Translations under genes and position numbers: made by a program
Notes under the pieces: generated by a model
Databases searched by the model: none
What the model was told of the DNA's origin: nothing
Seen by the model: the letters and a program-made list of their open reading frames with translations, nothing else
Virus record (IMG/VR): IMGVR_UViG_2517572207_000003
From: a virus
Taxonomy: Duplodnaviria; Caudoviricetes
Direction: 5' to 3' (one strand)
Length of the DNA stretch: 64,000 bases
Shown: piece after piece, positions 1-9,919 of the stretch
Layout: each line of letters starts with the position of its first letter
Numbering within the stretch: position 1 is the first letter of the stretch

Positions 1-651
1 ATGCGAACGTACAAACTTGTCGCCACGATTCGGCAAGCTAATCCATACCGTAAAATGGCCAAGGCGACTCAGGAACACCAGACATGCCCCAACCTGCTAA
101 AACGTCAGTTTGACCAAGGGGAACCAGAAAAAGTATTGCTCACAGATATCACCTATTTGCACTATGGTCACGGGCAGTGTGCCTACTTGTCTTGTGTGAA
201 GGATGGGGCAACCAAGCAGATACTTGCTCACTATCTGTCATCTTCTCTGGAGCTCGTCTTGGTGAAGCGGACGCTGCAGTTGTTAATTGAACGGTTCGAT
301 GGGAATGTTCGTCCTGAGGCCATCTTGCACTCTGACCAAGGCATGCACTATACCCACCCCAAAATTCGCCTTCTGGTCCGTAAAGCAGGCTTCAGGCAGT
401 CTATGTATCGGAAGGGAAATTGTTGGGACAATGCCTCTATGGAAACATTCTTCGGTCATATGAAGGTTATCTGGAATACAAATCGTGCGCAACCATTCAA
501 GAATTACGGGCATGCATCGATAACTACATTGCTTACTACAACTCAGGCCGCTACCAATGGGCGTTAAAAAAGATGACTCCTGACGAATTCAGAAGCCATC
601 TATTGGCTGCCTAAGCGGGCTTTATTCAAAGTGTCCTCAATTGGGGTCACA
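1..651 (+). mobile_element. IS3-family element, right part; transposase frameshifted near 465
   Basis: DDE integrase motifs TDITY, HSDQG, GNCWDNA in 1..567; C-terminus (YIAYYN...MTPDEFR) in another frame ending 614; probable IRR ending ...GGGGTCACA ~651. Confidence 0.85.
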
Positions 652-810
652 GTGGTTACATACCAGCAGAGTCCTTTTTCACATCTACTCTAAATTCAAA
701 TTGATCAACGAAAAAAGCTCTCCCACCAATTAAGGGGATTAATTCACTTACTTGAACAGTTAACCTTTCTCATCAAATGGCCAGAAGGACAAGTTGTGTT
801 CCTAGGGAAT

Positions 811-1233
811 TTAGAGGTTTCCAGGCTGTGAATCAGCCACTCCCCATGTTTCTCCGTCAACTTTATAATCGCTGCCTCTCCACTGAAGTATGTAGTCTCC
901 AGAACGCAAACCGTCGCTAAAACCTTGGTCAGTAGATTTCCAAGTCACTGTATCATGAGGAGCGATTACTAATGCTTCAATATATAGTTTGTTCGAACCG
1001 CTGTGAGTTAAACTTACTCTTACTGGATGATCAGAGTGATTCTTCATACAAAGTTTAACATGACCCCATCCTTTAGGAACACTAAAGGCTTCTTTTACAG
1101 TTGCGCTTCCGCCCGATCTTTGAGAAATTATGTTGTTTCCACTAGTTTTACTGGGTGAAGCTGAAGCTGCACCTATCGTAGTTGCTATAGATAAAGATAA
1201 AATCAAGAACAGAAATATTCTTTTCTTCATCAT
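811..1233 (-). CDS. secreted hypothetical protein (paralog of 4477..4932)
   Basis: signal peptide; shared KGxGHVK and SGxY...KVxGExWG motifs. Confidence 0.8.
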   Translation of the reverse strand: MMKKRIFLFLILSLSIATTIGAASASPSKTSGNNIISQRSGGSATVKEAFSVPKGWGHVKLCMKNHSDHPVRVSLTHSGSNKLYIEALVIAPHDTVTWKSTDQGFSDGLRSGDYILQWRGSDYKVDGETWGVADSQPGNL

Positions 1234-1305
1234 TTTCCCCTCCTATTTTTTGATATAGTCTACCTTTAAGGGACACCGTCTACAATCTGGTAGGTTCTTT
1301 CACTT

Positions 1306-1518
1306 CTACTCTAAATTTAAACTACTTACGAGAGAAGTAAGATCCGTTAATCTTGATCCCTCTGGTGTAATCTTCTCCATTACGCCACCGTAATCCACAA
1401 TATCTATCAAATCCCCACTCAACGGCTGTACTACATATACTCTTACTGTCTTAATGCAGCTTGTAAATAGTTCTATATCCGACTTTAACATTTTATATGT
1501 ATGGTTCATGCTGATCAC
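1306..1518 (-). CDS. small phage hypothetical protein, probably frameshifted copy of 26996..27226
   Basis: MNHTYKxLKSDIELF...V.VYVVQ...DYGG shared; tail diverges. Confidence 0.65.
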   Translation of the reverse strand: MISMNHTYKMLKSDIELFTSCIKTVRVYVVQPLSGDLIDIVDYGGVMEKITPEGSRLTDLTSLVSSLNLE

Positions 1519-1603
1519 CTCAGATAGTTATTCTGCCGTATGTGTGGTAATTCCTGCACTAAAGAAAGCCCTACCAACCATAAGGTTGGCAGAGCTTTAA
1601 CTT

Positions 1604-1726
1604 TTAAAATCCTCCAATGGTAACGTTAGGCTGAATACTATGGTGGTGGTTAAAGGCTTGATCCGGCAGAGTAACAATCAACAAAAAGCTAGCCGCAATG
1701 ATTAGAAGCACCATTTTTTTGAACAT
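1604..1726 (-). CDS. 40-aa secreted signalling pro-peptide (AloP/Phr-like)
   Basis: MFKKMVLLIIAASFLLIVTLPDQAFNHHHSIQPNVTIGGF; overlaps 3' end of HTH-TPR receptor; hairpin terminator follows at 1566-1598. Confidence 0.8.
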   Translation of the reverse strand: MFKKMVLLIIAASFLLIVTLPDQAFNHHHSIQPNVTIGGF

Positions 1727-2172
1727 TGTTTTCCCACACCCTTTCAATAAGATTGAAATACTCAGCTTTAGTTTCAGGAACCGCATGGGCTTGAAAACGA
1801 ACAAATAACCCCATACAGTTTATAAAGTAAGTTTCATTATTTATTATATGTGACTTTACCATTGCATTCATCAAATATTTAAAGCCATCAATGTACTTCC
1901 CTCGATGTAAATAATAAAAACCTAACTCGTAACCAAACCACGCGATATAATCCGGTATCACTTGTCGGGTATACATATCATCTGATGATGGTTGTTGCGA
2001 AAAAGTCCCAATAAGAGTTTCAAATCGTTTAAGTATATCGTCTACATCTATGCTATATTGGTTTGCGGCAATTAAAACATTAAGCAGTTTGGTATTATCC
2101 CCTTCTAGTAGACAAGAGAGAAAAGACATCTGTTAAGATGGACTTAATCTTGTTGAACGGAGGGGATTTTTC

Positions 2173-2472
2173 ATGGCTAAAAAGGGACAATCATTCCGGC
2201 AATACTCCTTAGATGTAAAGATGGAGGCAATCCGGTTGGTGAACGAAGAACATATGAGTATTCGTGAAGTGACGAAACACTTAGACATTCGTAATAAATC
2301 CCAAGTACAAAGCTGGGTGACGAAATATCGAGCGGGGGAGAACCTCCAGCCAACGACCACAAGACAGGGACGACCCAAAACGAAATTTTCCAGTATGGAA
2401 GAAGAGATGGCGTATCTACGGGCGGAGATTGAATATTTAAAAAAGCAGTATCCAAATCTACACAAGGAGTGA
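2173..2472 (+). CDS. IS3 transposase OrfA
   Basis: HTH; A-run AAAAAAAG near the 3' end, typical -1 frameshift site. Confidence 0.9.
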   Translation: MAKKGQSFRQYSLDVKMEAIRLVNEEHMSIREVTKHLDIRNKSQVQSWVTKYRAGENLQPTTTRQGRPKTKFSSMEEEMAYLRAEIEYLKKQYPNLHKE

Positions 2473-3335
2473 CGAGGAAAGAAGCGAGGTTTGAAATTAT
2501 TGAGGGAATGCGAACACGATATTCGTTGAAATGGTTACTTGAATTAGCCCATGTTTCTCGGGCAGGATATTATAAATGGAGAAAGACTCAGCAAACAACC
2601 CAGCAGCGTAAGCAAGAAGAAGAGCTTCTGGAATCGCATATGTTGTCGATCCACCGGATCCATCCCTATTTTGGTTATCTGCGGATGACCGTTGCTTTAC
2701 GTAGAGAAGGTATCTTGGTCAATCACAAAAAGGTGTACCGCCTAATGAAGAAATTAGGGATCCGTTCCGTCATTCGAAAGAAGCGGCGCTTTTTTGGCAA
2801 ACAGGCATCTGTGGTAAATGCCAACCGATTAGATCGACAATTTCAGGCAGATTCTCCTTTATCCAAGCTGGTTACCGATATTACATACATACGAGCTGGA
2901 GAGCGGTTTGTATATCTCTCTGTCATTCAAGATCTGTTTAACAATGAAATCGTGGCTTGGCGTCTTTCGGAACGAAATGACCTTGCTCTAATTAGCGAGA
3001 CGCTAGACGTTCTAAGTAAGAACGTGAACATGGAGGGTGTCATTCTCCATTCAGACCAGGGTTTTCAGTATACCTCCAAGCCGTTTAACCGCAAGCTTAA
3101 GCGGCTTGGCATGCTTGGGAGCCATTCAAGGCGTGGAAATTGCCTAGACAATGCCTGTATAGAATCCTTCTTCTCCCATCTTAAAACAGAGAAGATTTAT
3201 TTAACGAAACCCGGAACCCTAGCGGAGGTAGAACAACACGTACGGGAGTACATTTCTTTTTATAATGAAAATAGATTTCAGAAAAAATTAAACAACCGTT
3301 CCCCGATTGAATACCGAGAAACGGTTGCTGCTTAA
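2469..3335 (+). CDS. IS3 transposase OrfB (DDE)
   Basis: TDITY, HSDQGFQY, GNCLDNACIESFF motifs. Confidence 0.93.
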   Translation: MTRKEARFEIIEGMRTRYSLKWLLELAHVSRAGYYKWRKTQQTTQQRKQEEELLESHMLSIHRIHPYFGYLRMTVALRREGILVNHKKVYRLMKKLGIRSVIRKKRRFFGKQASVVNANRLDRQFQADSPLSKLVTDITYIRAGERFVYLSVIQDLFNNEIVAWRLSERNDLALISETLDVLSKNVNMEGVILHSDQGFQYTSKPFNRKLKRLGMLGSHSRRGNCLDNACIESFFSHLKTEKIYLTKPGTLAEVEQHVREYISFYNENRFQKKLNNRSPIEYRETVAA

Positions 3336-4476
3336 AGATGTCTTTTTAGTTCTGTCTACTTGACAGGGGTATGACCAGTTTTGATATCTTTTCATTTTCG
3401 TTAGTGTCTGATGTCGCTACAATATATTCAACATAATCATGCAGCACATTTATATCTCCAGATAAAAGCTTATATACGTAAGTATTACCTTCTGCCCACT
3501 GACTGAACAAGTTCATCCAGTACTTTGTATCCTCGTCGTCCTCTTTAACCCAGTCTAAAACCGCATAGGTGTATGTATATTGTAAAACTTGCTGATAATC
3601 GCCCCGGGCTTCACAAACACTGGCACACAACAGGTCAGCATAAGCAATGTATCCAAATAACGGTCCTCTTGTTTTCTTTTCTGGCGTTCCAACTTTGTGT
3701 TTCTCGTTATGGACAAACGAATATTGGATTTCAGCTTTAGCTCTCATTTGCCTTGCCATTTCGTCTACCTTGTCCCATTTACGCAAAGACCTGTGCACGT
3801 TAGCTAAATCCTTCAATGCATCAAGCTGATCTATTTCATCTAGGCGTTCGACAAAAGCCTCAAAAACGGCTGCTACCCTAACATTTCGGCTTTGATCGTC
3901 TCCGATTTGAATGGTGAATATACGGTATTGGCAGACTGCCAAACGTTCAGAATGTTGATATCTCTCCGCTTCAGCCACACCTGCATAGAGCAGCAGTGCA
4001 GCCTCATGTCGTCCCTGCGCCAACAATCTTTCTGCAATTTCAAATAGCTTGGGTGAATACAGCAGATTATCCATGATGGCTCCCACCACTCGACGGATTG
4101 CATCCAACTTGTCCAACTCCGCACAGCGAAACAAAAACGGCTCGATTCGTCTTATATTGGGAGGATGGTCGATGATGAAGTTTTCTATAAACAGATCGTA
4201 AAACTCTCCCTCTGGCAAACACATAGCCTCAGTGATTCGGTCAAGCTGGTTAACAGACATTGACTTATTTCCTGTCACAATAGCACTTATTATTCCCCTA
4301 TTCATGCCTGCAAGTTGTCCGAATTGCGCTAAGCTCAAACCCTTTTGTTCTAGATATGAAATATGCATTTTCGAATATTAAATTTTTCCATTTTGTTAAT
4401 ATAAAAGTACATTTTATTCCTTTTTATTCGCTATGATTGGTAATCAGTACAAATTATACCATTCGGGAGGACGGTT

Positions 4477-4932
4477 TTGATGAAGTTTAAAAACACGGCA
4501 ATCATTCTTACAGGTCTATTGGCTCTTACGGCAGTAGCTACACTGGCTGCTTCCGCCACACCATTTATGGGGGTTGAATTACCAAAGGGGCATGGAGGTA
4601 TAGTTATCCAGTCAACTGGTCAAGAAGTACATGAGGTTCTTGGCGGGACAAGTCCGACGATGGAGTTTACTGTCAAAAAAGGTTATGGACATGTAAAGAT
4701 TAAAGTGAAGAATACAGGAAGCAACACAATTTCGTGGAGCTTGCAGGGTAACGGGAGAGAATACCTTAATAAAACTGTTGGCAAAGGTGATGCATTAACG
4801 TGGACTAGTCTTAATTCATACCCTAACGGGATGCCATCAGGGGAATACGTAATTCAATTCCGAGCTGGCGGTAACAAAGTTGAAGGCGAAGCTTGGGGTA
4901 CTACTGGCCAGTACCCATCATACATTAACTAA
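4477..4932 (+). CDS. secreted hypothetical protein (paralog of 811..1233)
   Basis: RBS GGAGG, signal peptide, shared motifs. Confidence 0.8.
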   Translation: MMKFKNTAIILTGLLALTAVATLAASATPFMGVELPKGHGGIVIQSTGQEVHEVLGGTSPTMEFTVKKGYGHVKIKVKNTGSNTISWSLQGNGREYLNKTVGKGDALTWTSLNSYPNGMPSGEYVIQFRAGGNKVEGEAWGTTGQYPSYIN

Positions 4933-5187
4933 CCAACCTCAAGCAGGGGAGTATCTTGGAGTTATATCCGAGACACTTTATGAATACAATGTTGCCATAC
5001 TTAGTGTCTAGCAAAAGCCCAGCTACACGATTATCCTTTGGACTTAATTTCCCTCAACTGAATGCCTCCCTCTAATACAAAAAAATACCCCACCAGCACA
5101 GCTAGCAGGGTCAGTGCACGTTTTTTGGAGTTGTACTGAGTGAAGTGAAAAAAGTGTGTGTGGTCCAACAGCCTTTTCTTCACAAAA

Positions 5188-5304
5188 TTAAATCCAAAGT
5201 GATTTAGTGATGATAACCAACAAGATAAAGAGCACTAATATTGCTCCTATAGAAGTCCACATACCACCAACTGGAGCTGGAGTTGTGTTGTCACATCCAC
5301 TCAT
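5188..5304 (-). CDS. YjcZ/SscA-like small sporulation membrane peptide (38 aa)
   Basis: MSGCDNTTPAPVGGMWTSIGAILVLFILLVIITKSLWI; RBS AAGGAGG; LVLFILLVII motif. Confidence 0.75.
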   Translation of the reverse strand: MSGCDNTTPAPVGGMWTSIGAILVLFILLVIITKSLWI

Positions 5305-5425
5305 AGCTTTAACCTCCTTTACTTGTTGTACACCTTAATATATGTGTCAATTCGTATAGTGACAGGGTATGCAGGTAAACAAAACAAAGGCTCACACCAG
5401 ATAAACCGGCAGAGCCTAAAAACTT

Positions 5426-5542
5426 TTATAAAAGGGTTAATGTTAAGATAACTACCAACAAAATAAAAAGTGCCAGGATAACAGTTATCGACATCCAAAC
5501 TGTCCTGTCAGTATTCCCGCCACCTCTTTCAGCTCCACTCAC
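5426..5542 (-). CDS. second YjcZ-like peptide (38 aa, GTG start)
   Basis: MSGAERGGGNTDRTVWMSITVILALFILLVVILTLTLL; RBS GGGAGG. Confidence 0.7.
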   Translation of the reverse strand: MSGAERGGGNTDRTVWMSITVILALFILLVVILTLTLL

Positions 5543-5819
5543 ACATAACGCCTCCCTTGTTTACTCCACAGGTTATGTGAGACATTGTTTAGGGAATGGA
5601 CTTCTAGGTAAACAAAAAAAACCCACCAGCGTATGCCAGCAGGGTATCACCGATGCTTTCGGATTGCACAACGGTGCTTTTGTATGTGCTGTTACGATTA
5701 TAGTACGGTTGGACTATTTTGTAATTAATTATTCCAACTATCTCCCAAAAGGTCGAATGATGTAGAATTATCAAGTGCGAATTACCTATGACATTTCTAC
5801 TATGTGGAGGAGATGATCA

Positions 5820-6416
5820 ATGGATATATCTGAAAGAGAATATCTTGCCGAGAGACTTGATGATCAGATTAATTGGTATGATAAAAAGAGTATAGAGTGT
5901 CAAAAATACTACAAACGGTGGAAAAGAGCGGAGATAGTTGCCGCTGCTCTGATTCCTGTTTTAACAAGCTTTTCCTCCGGATTAAGATGGATCGCCATTG
6001 TTATCGGCGCTCTAGGAGCATGTATAGCATTATTCGAAAGCATACTTAGTCTACACAAATACCATGAAAATTGGATTGAATACAGGGGAATTTGCGAAAC
6101 TCTGAGGCAAGAAAAGTATATGTATCTTACGAGAACAGGAATTTACAAGATCGCAGACGGGGCATTTAATTTGCTAGTAGAGCGTGTGGAAAGTGTTATT
6201 TCAAAAGAAAATGTCAATTGGGCTAATTTGCATGCAAATGAACAAAAAAAAGAGAGCCATCAGCAGCAAGCGCCTGCTCTGAATTTATTCATACAATCTC
6301 ACCTCTGCATTATATTATCATATGGAAAAGGAGCTTCATTTATATGGCATTATACAATATTTTCATCAGCCACGCTTGGAAATATACTGAACATTATGAG
6401 GATTATCAAGACCTAA
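5820..6416 (+). CDS. DUF4231/SLATT-like 2TM effector protein
   Basis: YxxxRLDDQINWYDKKS, two TM segments, ENWIEYR...VERVE; the tail overlapping the next gene may be read-through. Confidence 0.8.
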   Translation: MDISEREYLAERLDDQINWYDKKSIECQKYYKRWKRAEIVAAALIPVLTSFSSGLRWIAIVIGALGACIALFESILSLHKYHENWIEYRGICETLRQEKYMYLTRTGIYKIADGAFNLLVERVESVISKENVNWANLHANEQKKESHQQQAPALNLFIQSHLCIILSYGKGASFIWHYTIFSSATLGNILNIMRIIKT

Positions 6417-6438
6417 TTTTAAAAAAGATAGTAAACTT

Positions 6439-6482
6439 AAAGGGTTCTACATATTAGATATGACTAATATGTAGAACCCTTT
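6439..6482. terminator. perfect 19-bp inverted repeat
   Basis: AAAGGGTTCTACATATTAG-atatga-CTAATATGTAGAACCCTTT. Confidence 0.6.
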
Positions 6483-6485
6483 CTT

Positions 6486-6513
6486 CTTTTACTAAAGCAC
6501 CCGTTAGTACAAT
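6486..6513 (-). repeat. palindromic cassette-boundary site 1
   Basis: CTTTTACTAAA-GCACCC-GTTAGTACAAT. Confidence 0.7.
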
Positions 6514-6623
6514 AAGTTCAATAAAAAAGACCATCAAAAATGATGGCCCTACTTCACAAACTATTACACAGTCATTAAAAAAATAAAGGACATTAAAGCT
6601 AATAAAATCCTTCAACTTTAATT

Positions 6624-7832
6624 TTATTGTTCCATAACATTTCTAACAAACAATTGCTTGTTTTTATGAGCAATTGTACTTACTATCGCAAGTAATAGCC
6701 CCGAAATAACGAATACAATTCTAATTCCTAACAAATCTGCTAATACTCCCATAACAAGAGAGCCAACGCCAAAAATCCCAGTTCCGATAGCACCTAACGA
6801 GGTATAAACAGTTGATAACTGTTCTTTTGACACACTAGTTTGTATAACCGTTTGTTGAGGAATTTTTTTAATTTGTCCAAAAAGCCCTACACAGAGCGAT
6901 AAAAGTAAGGAAATCATTGGAATGCTGTTTATGCTAAATAATATTGTGAATAAGAAACTTGCAAATGAACCGACAAAAATAAAGGTTCCTATTTTCTTTT
7001 CAACAAAAGAAGAAAATTTAATACAATAAGCACTTCCTAAAATCAGACCTAAAAAGTTAGCTCCATTGATAAATCCCCACCATTTTTCATCAACGTTCAA
7101 AGCCTCGTTGACAAACACATATAAAATAGCAGCTATCCAAACCGTTGCAGCAATTGTTTCCAAAAATTCTATCCAAGCAATCCTTCTTAATACTGGAGTG
7201 TTAGATAAAGTTTTCCAACCTTCTTTAATTTTTTCTAGTTTCCCTTTTTGCTCGGTTGTTTTATGGTTTACACTTTCTAAAAGGCAAAGTAATATGCTTG
7301 CAATTACAAATAAACATCCAACTAACCAAATAAGTTGTTGAGAACTCATAATAATTAGCAATGAACTTCCTACGAACCACATACCTGCTTGTATGGTCTG
7401 CGTAATTGTTTCTGCAATTCCATTAGCTTGAATTAGACATTCAGGTTTAACATAGTATGGAGTTAATGTCTGTCTTATTGGATTTGCACATCCGTCAAAA
7501 AAAGCAATCAATCCTATTATTAAAAAGATAAAATAATAATTAGCTGCTGTTAAACCAATTAACATAAACCCTAGAATAAAGAGTAAAATCGTCTTTACAA
7601 TTTGTGACCCAGCAAGTAACCATTTAAGATTTAATTTCTCAACCAAAAGAGGAGTCAGCAGACTGGATATAAACATAGAAGAAGCAATCGTAAATGGAAC
7701 AAACGATGCTGCAATTGCAGAACCTGTTAATACAAAAATTGTACTTATAACACCGACTATATATAATACATCGCCTATATTAGCGAGTGATTGACCCAAA
7801 AGTAATAAAGAAAAATTTTTATTCAATTTCAT
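6624..7832 (-). CDS. MFS transporter (DHA3/Mef-like efflux)
   Basis: 402 aa, ~12 TM, GQSLANIGD and GVLAD motifs. Confidence 0.88.
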   Translation of the reverse strand: MKLNKNFSLLLLGQSLANIGDVLYIVGVISTIFVLTGSAIAASFVPFTIASSMFISSLLTPLLVEKLNLKWLLAGSQIVKTILLFILGFMLIGLTAANYYFIFLIIGLIAFFDGCANPIRQTLTPYYVKPECLIQANGIAETITQTIQAGMWFVGSSLLIIMSSQQLIWLVGCLFVIASILLCLLESVNHKTTEQKGKLEKIKEGWKTLSNTPVLRRIAWIEFLETIAATVWIAAILYVFVNEALNVDEKWWGFINGANFLGLILGSAYCIKFSSFVEKKIGTFIFVGSFASFLFTILFSINSIPMISLLLSLCVGLFGQIKKIPQQTVIQTSVSKEQLSTVYTSLGAIGTGIFGVGSLVMGVLADLLGIRIVFVISGLLLAIVSTIAHKNKQLFVRNVMEQ

Positions 7833-7833
7833 T

Positions 7834-7912
7834 ATATATCCCCTATTATTTCATTCGAATTTGGCTTAATAGGGGTATATTAGATTGGACTATTCATTAA
7901 AATTTGACTCCT
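7834..7912 (-). promoter_or_regulatory. translational attenuator: leader peptide MNSPI (7880..7897) plus RBS-sequestering hairpin
   Basis: AGGAG-ATG AAT AGT CCA ATC TAA, then TATACCCCTATTA pairs with TAATAGGGGATATA covering the MFS RBS. Confidence 0.6.
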
Positions 7913-8092
7913 ATCATATATGGGACAAATCTGGGGATATAGATTTATCACAAATTTTGTATCATCGATTAATATTTAAATGAATTATAGCATATTTTTT
8001 CACTCCCATAGTAATTATATTCATACACCATTTTTTCCTTACGATTCTTTTATTTATATTCAGTAAATTCTCCATAAAATATAAAAATCCTA

Positions 8093-8121
8093 CTTCCGCT
8101 AAACTGCCCCGTTAGTTGAAT
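8093..8121 (-). repeat. palindromic cassette-boundary site 2
   Basis: CTTCCGCTAAA-CTGCCCC-GTTAGTTGAAT. Confidence 0.7.
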
Positions 8122-8330
8122 AAGAAGTTATGAGGGAGAATAAAACGGAAGTCCTTATTGTTATATAAGGTTGCTTTTGAAACATCAGCTTCACTTGCTA
8201 CACTGTTAAAGTTTATTTTCTCATTGGCTCTTATGAGCCTTTTAATGGCTTCATCTACCTTTTGAGAAGTAGTAGCCTTGCGATTAGTATGAATGGCTTT
8301 CAAGTGGGCAGAACGGTTATATTCAGCATT
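8112..8330 (-). pseudogene. TnpC-like (DUF6262) gene, truncated
   Basis: INFNSVASEADVSKATLYNN HTH; ends at site 2. Confidence 0.7.
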
Positions 8331-8339
8331 GCCTTCGTG

Positions 8340-9640
8340 GTTGTTTTAATATGAAGCTCATATTTTTGCTTATCTAACTCCGAAAAACCAACAGCTAAGT
8401 CTTACATGGGGTTTGATTGTCACCACAAGTGAGGCACGGGGGAGCTTCCATATGGGGGCAATTACCGTTCAAACGAGTGTGGCACCTTCCATAGGGGTTA
8501 TCCATCGCATTTAGTTTATGGTCTTGCCATAAAGCATCCAAAATATCTGTTGGTATATCTTCTCCTTCCTTAATTTCTTGAATTTCACCATTTAAATCGA
8601 AACTGAATACTCCTTACTTCACAGCGGATTCAAAGGCTTCTCTTTTGGTTTCATCTAATAGTTTAGCGTATCGCATTGTCATTTCTGGAGAAGCATGAGC
8701 TAAAAGCTCTTGAACAGTTAGAATATCTGCACCACTATTTATCATTTTCACTCCATAAGTATGTCGAAACTGATGCATCGCGAAATGAAAAAGATTGCCG
8801 TTTTCGTCAGTGATATTCACTTTTTTTGCTAATATATTTAATGCGCTATTAACCCAATTTTGCCCATATGGTTGTCCTTTTCGTTTTCCACGATATCGCA
8901 CAAAAATATAATCCTTTGGATTATTATCTTGATTACTATATTTTTTTGATTTATCGATTAGAACGGCAAGGATTCCTGCTAACTCTTCATCAATTGGAAT
9001 ACGATGTTCTTTCACATAGGTTTTTCTTATATCTGTTACTATAGAGTATTGCCCGTTTAGTTGAACTAAGCAGTCAAAGGTTAGTTCTAATGCATCGGAT
9101 ATTCTAAGCCCTGTTTTAAATGCCGCCCAAACTATCGGAACAATATCTTTATGTAATTCATCTAGGTGAGAAAAAAGCTGCTCTAAGACAAAATCCGGAA
9201 TGTAATAGATTTGGTCAACGGATTTCTCTCTCGGTTTAGGCTTATCTTCAGGAAAAATCAACAATCTTACATGTTTTTCAGAAGCTATTTCATACTCATA
9301 TCGTTGAATATCTTCAAGAAATTTTTGTATAGTGCCTAATGCTATTGATATATATGCTTCAGGATGTGCATTCTTTTGTTTCAGTTGAATTTGAATATTC
9401 ATGTAGAAATTCGATGTATTTTTCTATGTGCTTTCGCTTTAAAGCTTTTAAATCTTTCCATTTTGGTTCTAGTGTAAATACAAATGTAAAAAAAGATGGT
9501 AAAAACGTTATATAATTTAATGCCGTACCCCATGCGAATTTATTTTTACTAAGTAATCGTTGCTTAAAATACTTTTTGACTTGCTCACGAATGGTAGTAG
9601 GTATCTTTGAGAAATCAATATAATATTGGCATTAGTTTAG
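8340..9640 (-). pseudogene. Tn554 TnpB-like tyrosine recombinase, fragmented (main ORF 8614..9402)
   Basis: TGLRISD, HQFRHTYG, LLAHASPEMTMRYA catalytic motifs; flanking frames carry stops and frameshifts. Confidence 0.8.
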
Positions 9641-9919
9641 TCTATTTAATAATAAAGTAGTTCAGTGGATCAACGAGGCCCAAGCTGATGGGCAATTGAC
9701 TTGGAAAAACTATTCTGTTCTCGAACATGACCCAGCAATCGACCCTAATACTACAGTCGGGAAGAAAAAACTTCAAGAAATATTAGACAATCAGATTAAA
9801 CCAGCATCAAAGATCATCATCCTTGCTGGTATGTACGCCGCCCATAGTGACTGGATTATTCACGAAACTAACACCTCTGTTTTACAAAAAAAGTACATCG
9901 TTGGCGTGAAACCTAAATG

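Larger units (their letters stand above)
2090..3377 (+). mobile_element. complete IS3-family (IS150-like) element with 3-bp target duplication GTT
   Basis: imperfect ~40-bp terminal IRs (TGGT...AAAAGACATCT / AGATGTCTTTT...ACCA); GTT at 2087-2089 and 3378-3380. Confidence 0.92.
1689..4368 (-). pseudogene. RRNPP-type HTH-TPR peptide receptor (AloR-like) interrupted by IS3
   Basis: N-terminal Xre HTH plus helical repeats in 3346..4368; rejoins in frame (...NENEKISK|LLNVLIAANQY...) with 1689..2089 when the IS and one GTT are removed. Confidence 0.85.
6398..9650 (-). mobile_element. degenerate Tn554-like tyrosine recombinase transposon remnant carrying an MFS cassette
   Basis: tnpB-like integrase and tnpC-like gene in tandem; interrupts the TIR gene; tnpA absent. 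Confidence 0.65.

Noticed and set aside
8614-9402. TnpB-like integrase as the cassette recombinase
   Set aside because: Fragmented, belongs to a Tn554-like unit, and its partner gene is itself cut at a cassette site; no evidence linking it to the other sites
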